DNA from: an uncultured Clostridia bacterium
GTDB taxonomy: Bacteria; Bacillota; Clostridia; Christensenellales; UBA1242
Assembly: GCA_947629505.1 (NCBI GenBank)
Contig: CANRDW010000003.1
Location: 1 to 55,412, forward strand
DNA length: 55,412 nucleotides
Direction of reading: 5' to 3'
In this document: positions 54,352 to 55,412 of the stretch, piece after piece
How positions within the stretch are numbered: position 1 is the first letter of the stretch
How the letters are laid out: each line of letters begins with the position of its first letter
Made by a program: the position numbers and the translations under genes
The notes under the pieces: generated by a model
What the model was told of the DNA's origin: nothing
The model's database searches: none
Seen by the model: only the letters and a program-made list of their open reading frames with translations

Positions 54352-55412
54352 CTATTTGATTAAATTCAAAATTCTGTTTGGCACATAAATCACTTTCTTA
54401 AGTTCTTCGCCGCTGTAAAGTTCTTTATAATTCTCGCTCAAGAATTTAAGCAAATCTTCTTGCGAAATATCTCGTTTAACTTTTACAACCTGTCTCATTT
54501 TGCCATTTATCTGCACAGGGAGGTCAACTTGGTCGTCAACAAGATATTTTTCGTCATATTCAGGCCATTTTTCATCCAAAATTTGAGTTTTAAACACCCT
54601 TTCAAACACTTCGCTTGTGATATGTGGCGCAAGTGGGTTGAGTAAAATCAAAAACTGACGTAACTCTTCTTTTGTGACAAAGCCGTCCTCACGAATCTTT
54701 TTCATGAAAATCATAAGAGCAGAGATGATTGTGTTAAGTTTCAAATCTTCAATATCTTCAGTCACTTTTTTGATAAGTTTGTTAAGTTCGATTCTGTGTT
54801 CTTTTGAAACTTCTTCGCCCTTAATTATGTCTTGAAGCCCCCAAACTCTGTCCAAAAATGCAGTTATTCCCGTTATGCCGTCATAAGTCCAAGGTGTGTT
54901 GTCCTCATATCCGCCAAGGAAATGCAAGTGAAGTCTTGCGGCATCTGCGCCATATTTGTCGATAACTTCAAGCGGAGAAACGCCATTTGCCGAACTTTTT
55001 GACATCTTCTTGCCTTGGTCGTCCAAGATAAGCCCGCTGCCCATCTTTCTGATAAATGGGTCGCGCGTTGGCACAGCGCCAATTTCATACAAGAAGTTTT
55101 GCCAGAAGAATGCATACAAAACGTGGCGTGTGATATGTTCTGTCCCACCCGTGTAGCAGTCCACGCTTCCCCAATATTTAAGTTTTTCAAAGTCGGCAAG
55201 CGCTTTGTCGTTGTGTGGGTCACAATATCTCAGCCAATACCAACTGCTCCCTGCCCAATTTGGCATTGTGTCGGTTTCGCGAACGGCATCTCTGCCACAC
55301 TTTGGACATTTGCAGTGCACAAAACTCTCCACCTTCGAAAGTGGGCTGTCACCCTTTTCATTTGGCAGATAGTCCTTTGTTTTTGGCAAAACAAGTGGCA
55401 AATCTTTCTCGT
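54352..55412 (-). CDS. leuS: Leucine--tRNA ligase, C-terminal ~353 aa; the 5' end lies beyond the right edge
   Basis: TDTMPNWAGSSWYWLRY, GGTEHITRHVLYAFFW and KMSKSSANGVSP (KMSKS motif). The frame stays open to the window edge. Confidence 0.95.
   Translation of the reverse strand, partial: EKDLPLVLPKTKDYLPNEKGDSPLSKVESFVHCKCPKCGRDAVRETDTMPNWAGSSWYWLRYCDPHNDKALADFEKLKYWGSVDCYTGGTEHITRHVLYAFFWQNFLYEIGAVPTRDPFIRKMGSGLILDDQGKKMSKSSANGVSPLEVIDKYGADAARLHLHFLGGYEDNTPWTYDGITGITAFLDRVWGLQDIIKGEEVSKEHRIELNKLIKKVTEDIEDLKLNTIISALMIFMKKIREDGFVTKEELRQFLILLNPLAPHITSEVFERVFKTQILDEKWPEYDEKYLVDDQVDLPVQINGKMRQVVKVKRDISQEDLLKFLSENYKELYSGEELKKVIYVPNRILNLIK

Noticed and set aside
1-55412. Search for defence or mobile systems (CRISPR arrays, restriction-modification, toxin-antitoxin pairs, retron or DGR reverse transcriptases, transposases, integrases).
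   Set aside because: No ORF in the track carries recognisable motifs for these families, and no direct-repeat array with regular spacers is visible. The window reads as core chromosome.

Overview
This 55.4-kb window looks like core chromosome from a low-GC Gram-positive bacterium, probably a sporulating Firmicute or Clostridia-like organism (intact pro-sigma-K gene, ylbJ, polysaccharide deacetylase). Most of it is recognisable housekeeping, largely on the minus strand. It includes a CIRCE-controlled hrcA-grpE-dnaK-dnaJ heat-shock operon with a frameshifted isochorismatase-like gene wedged between dnaK and dnaJ. It also holds a type-B RNase P RNA, sigK, rpmF-plsX-rnc-smc-ftsY, pta-ackA, ylbJ, degV, tRNA-Ser(GGA), tsaE-tsaB, RNase J, greA, gpmI, a ParE/ParC-like topoisomerase pair, murG and the 3' part of leuS. 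I saw no CRISPR array, transposase, integrase, reverse transcriptase or recognisable defence or toxin-antitoxin module. The candidates I rank highest are: (1) two adjacent paralogous genes each encoding a tandem-OB, SSB-like protein without the acidic SSB tail; (2) a tight operon of ferredoxin, a degenerate Ppx/GppA-like ATPase, a membrane-anchored pseudo-protease and a divergent MreB; (3) a HIT-RNase HI fusion gene; (4) RNase J interrupted by an in-frame TGA at its domain boundary; (5) a rearranged tRNA-Ser locus with a duplicated promoter plus 5' tRNA fragment and an inverted D-arm fragment; (6) a 0.5-kb repeat-rich, hairpin-rich, GC-elevated intergenic block upstream of a 1566-aa GLUG-type surface protein gene; (7) several unusual protein architectures: a Cys/His cluster in GrpE, a zinc-ribbon protein with a ~100-aa polyacidic tail ending in DDDF, an E/K-rich N-terminal extension on ParC, and a 1283-aa membrane protein with four CBM-like modules and a cytoplasmic coiled coil. 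All functional calls come from reading the translations and motifs by eye. No database search was run.
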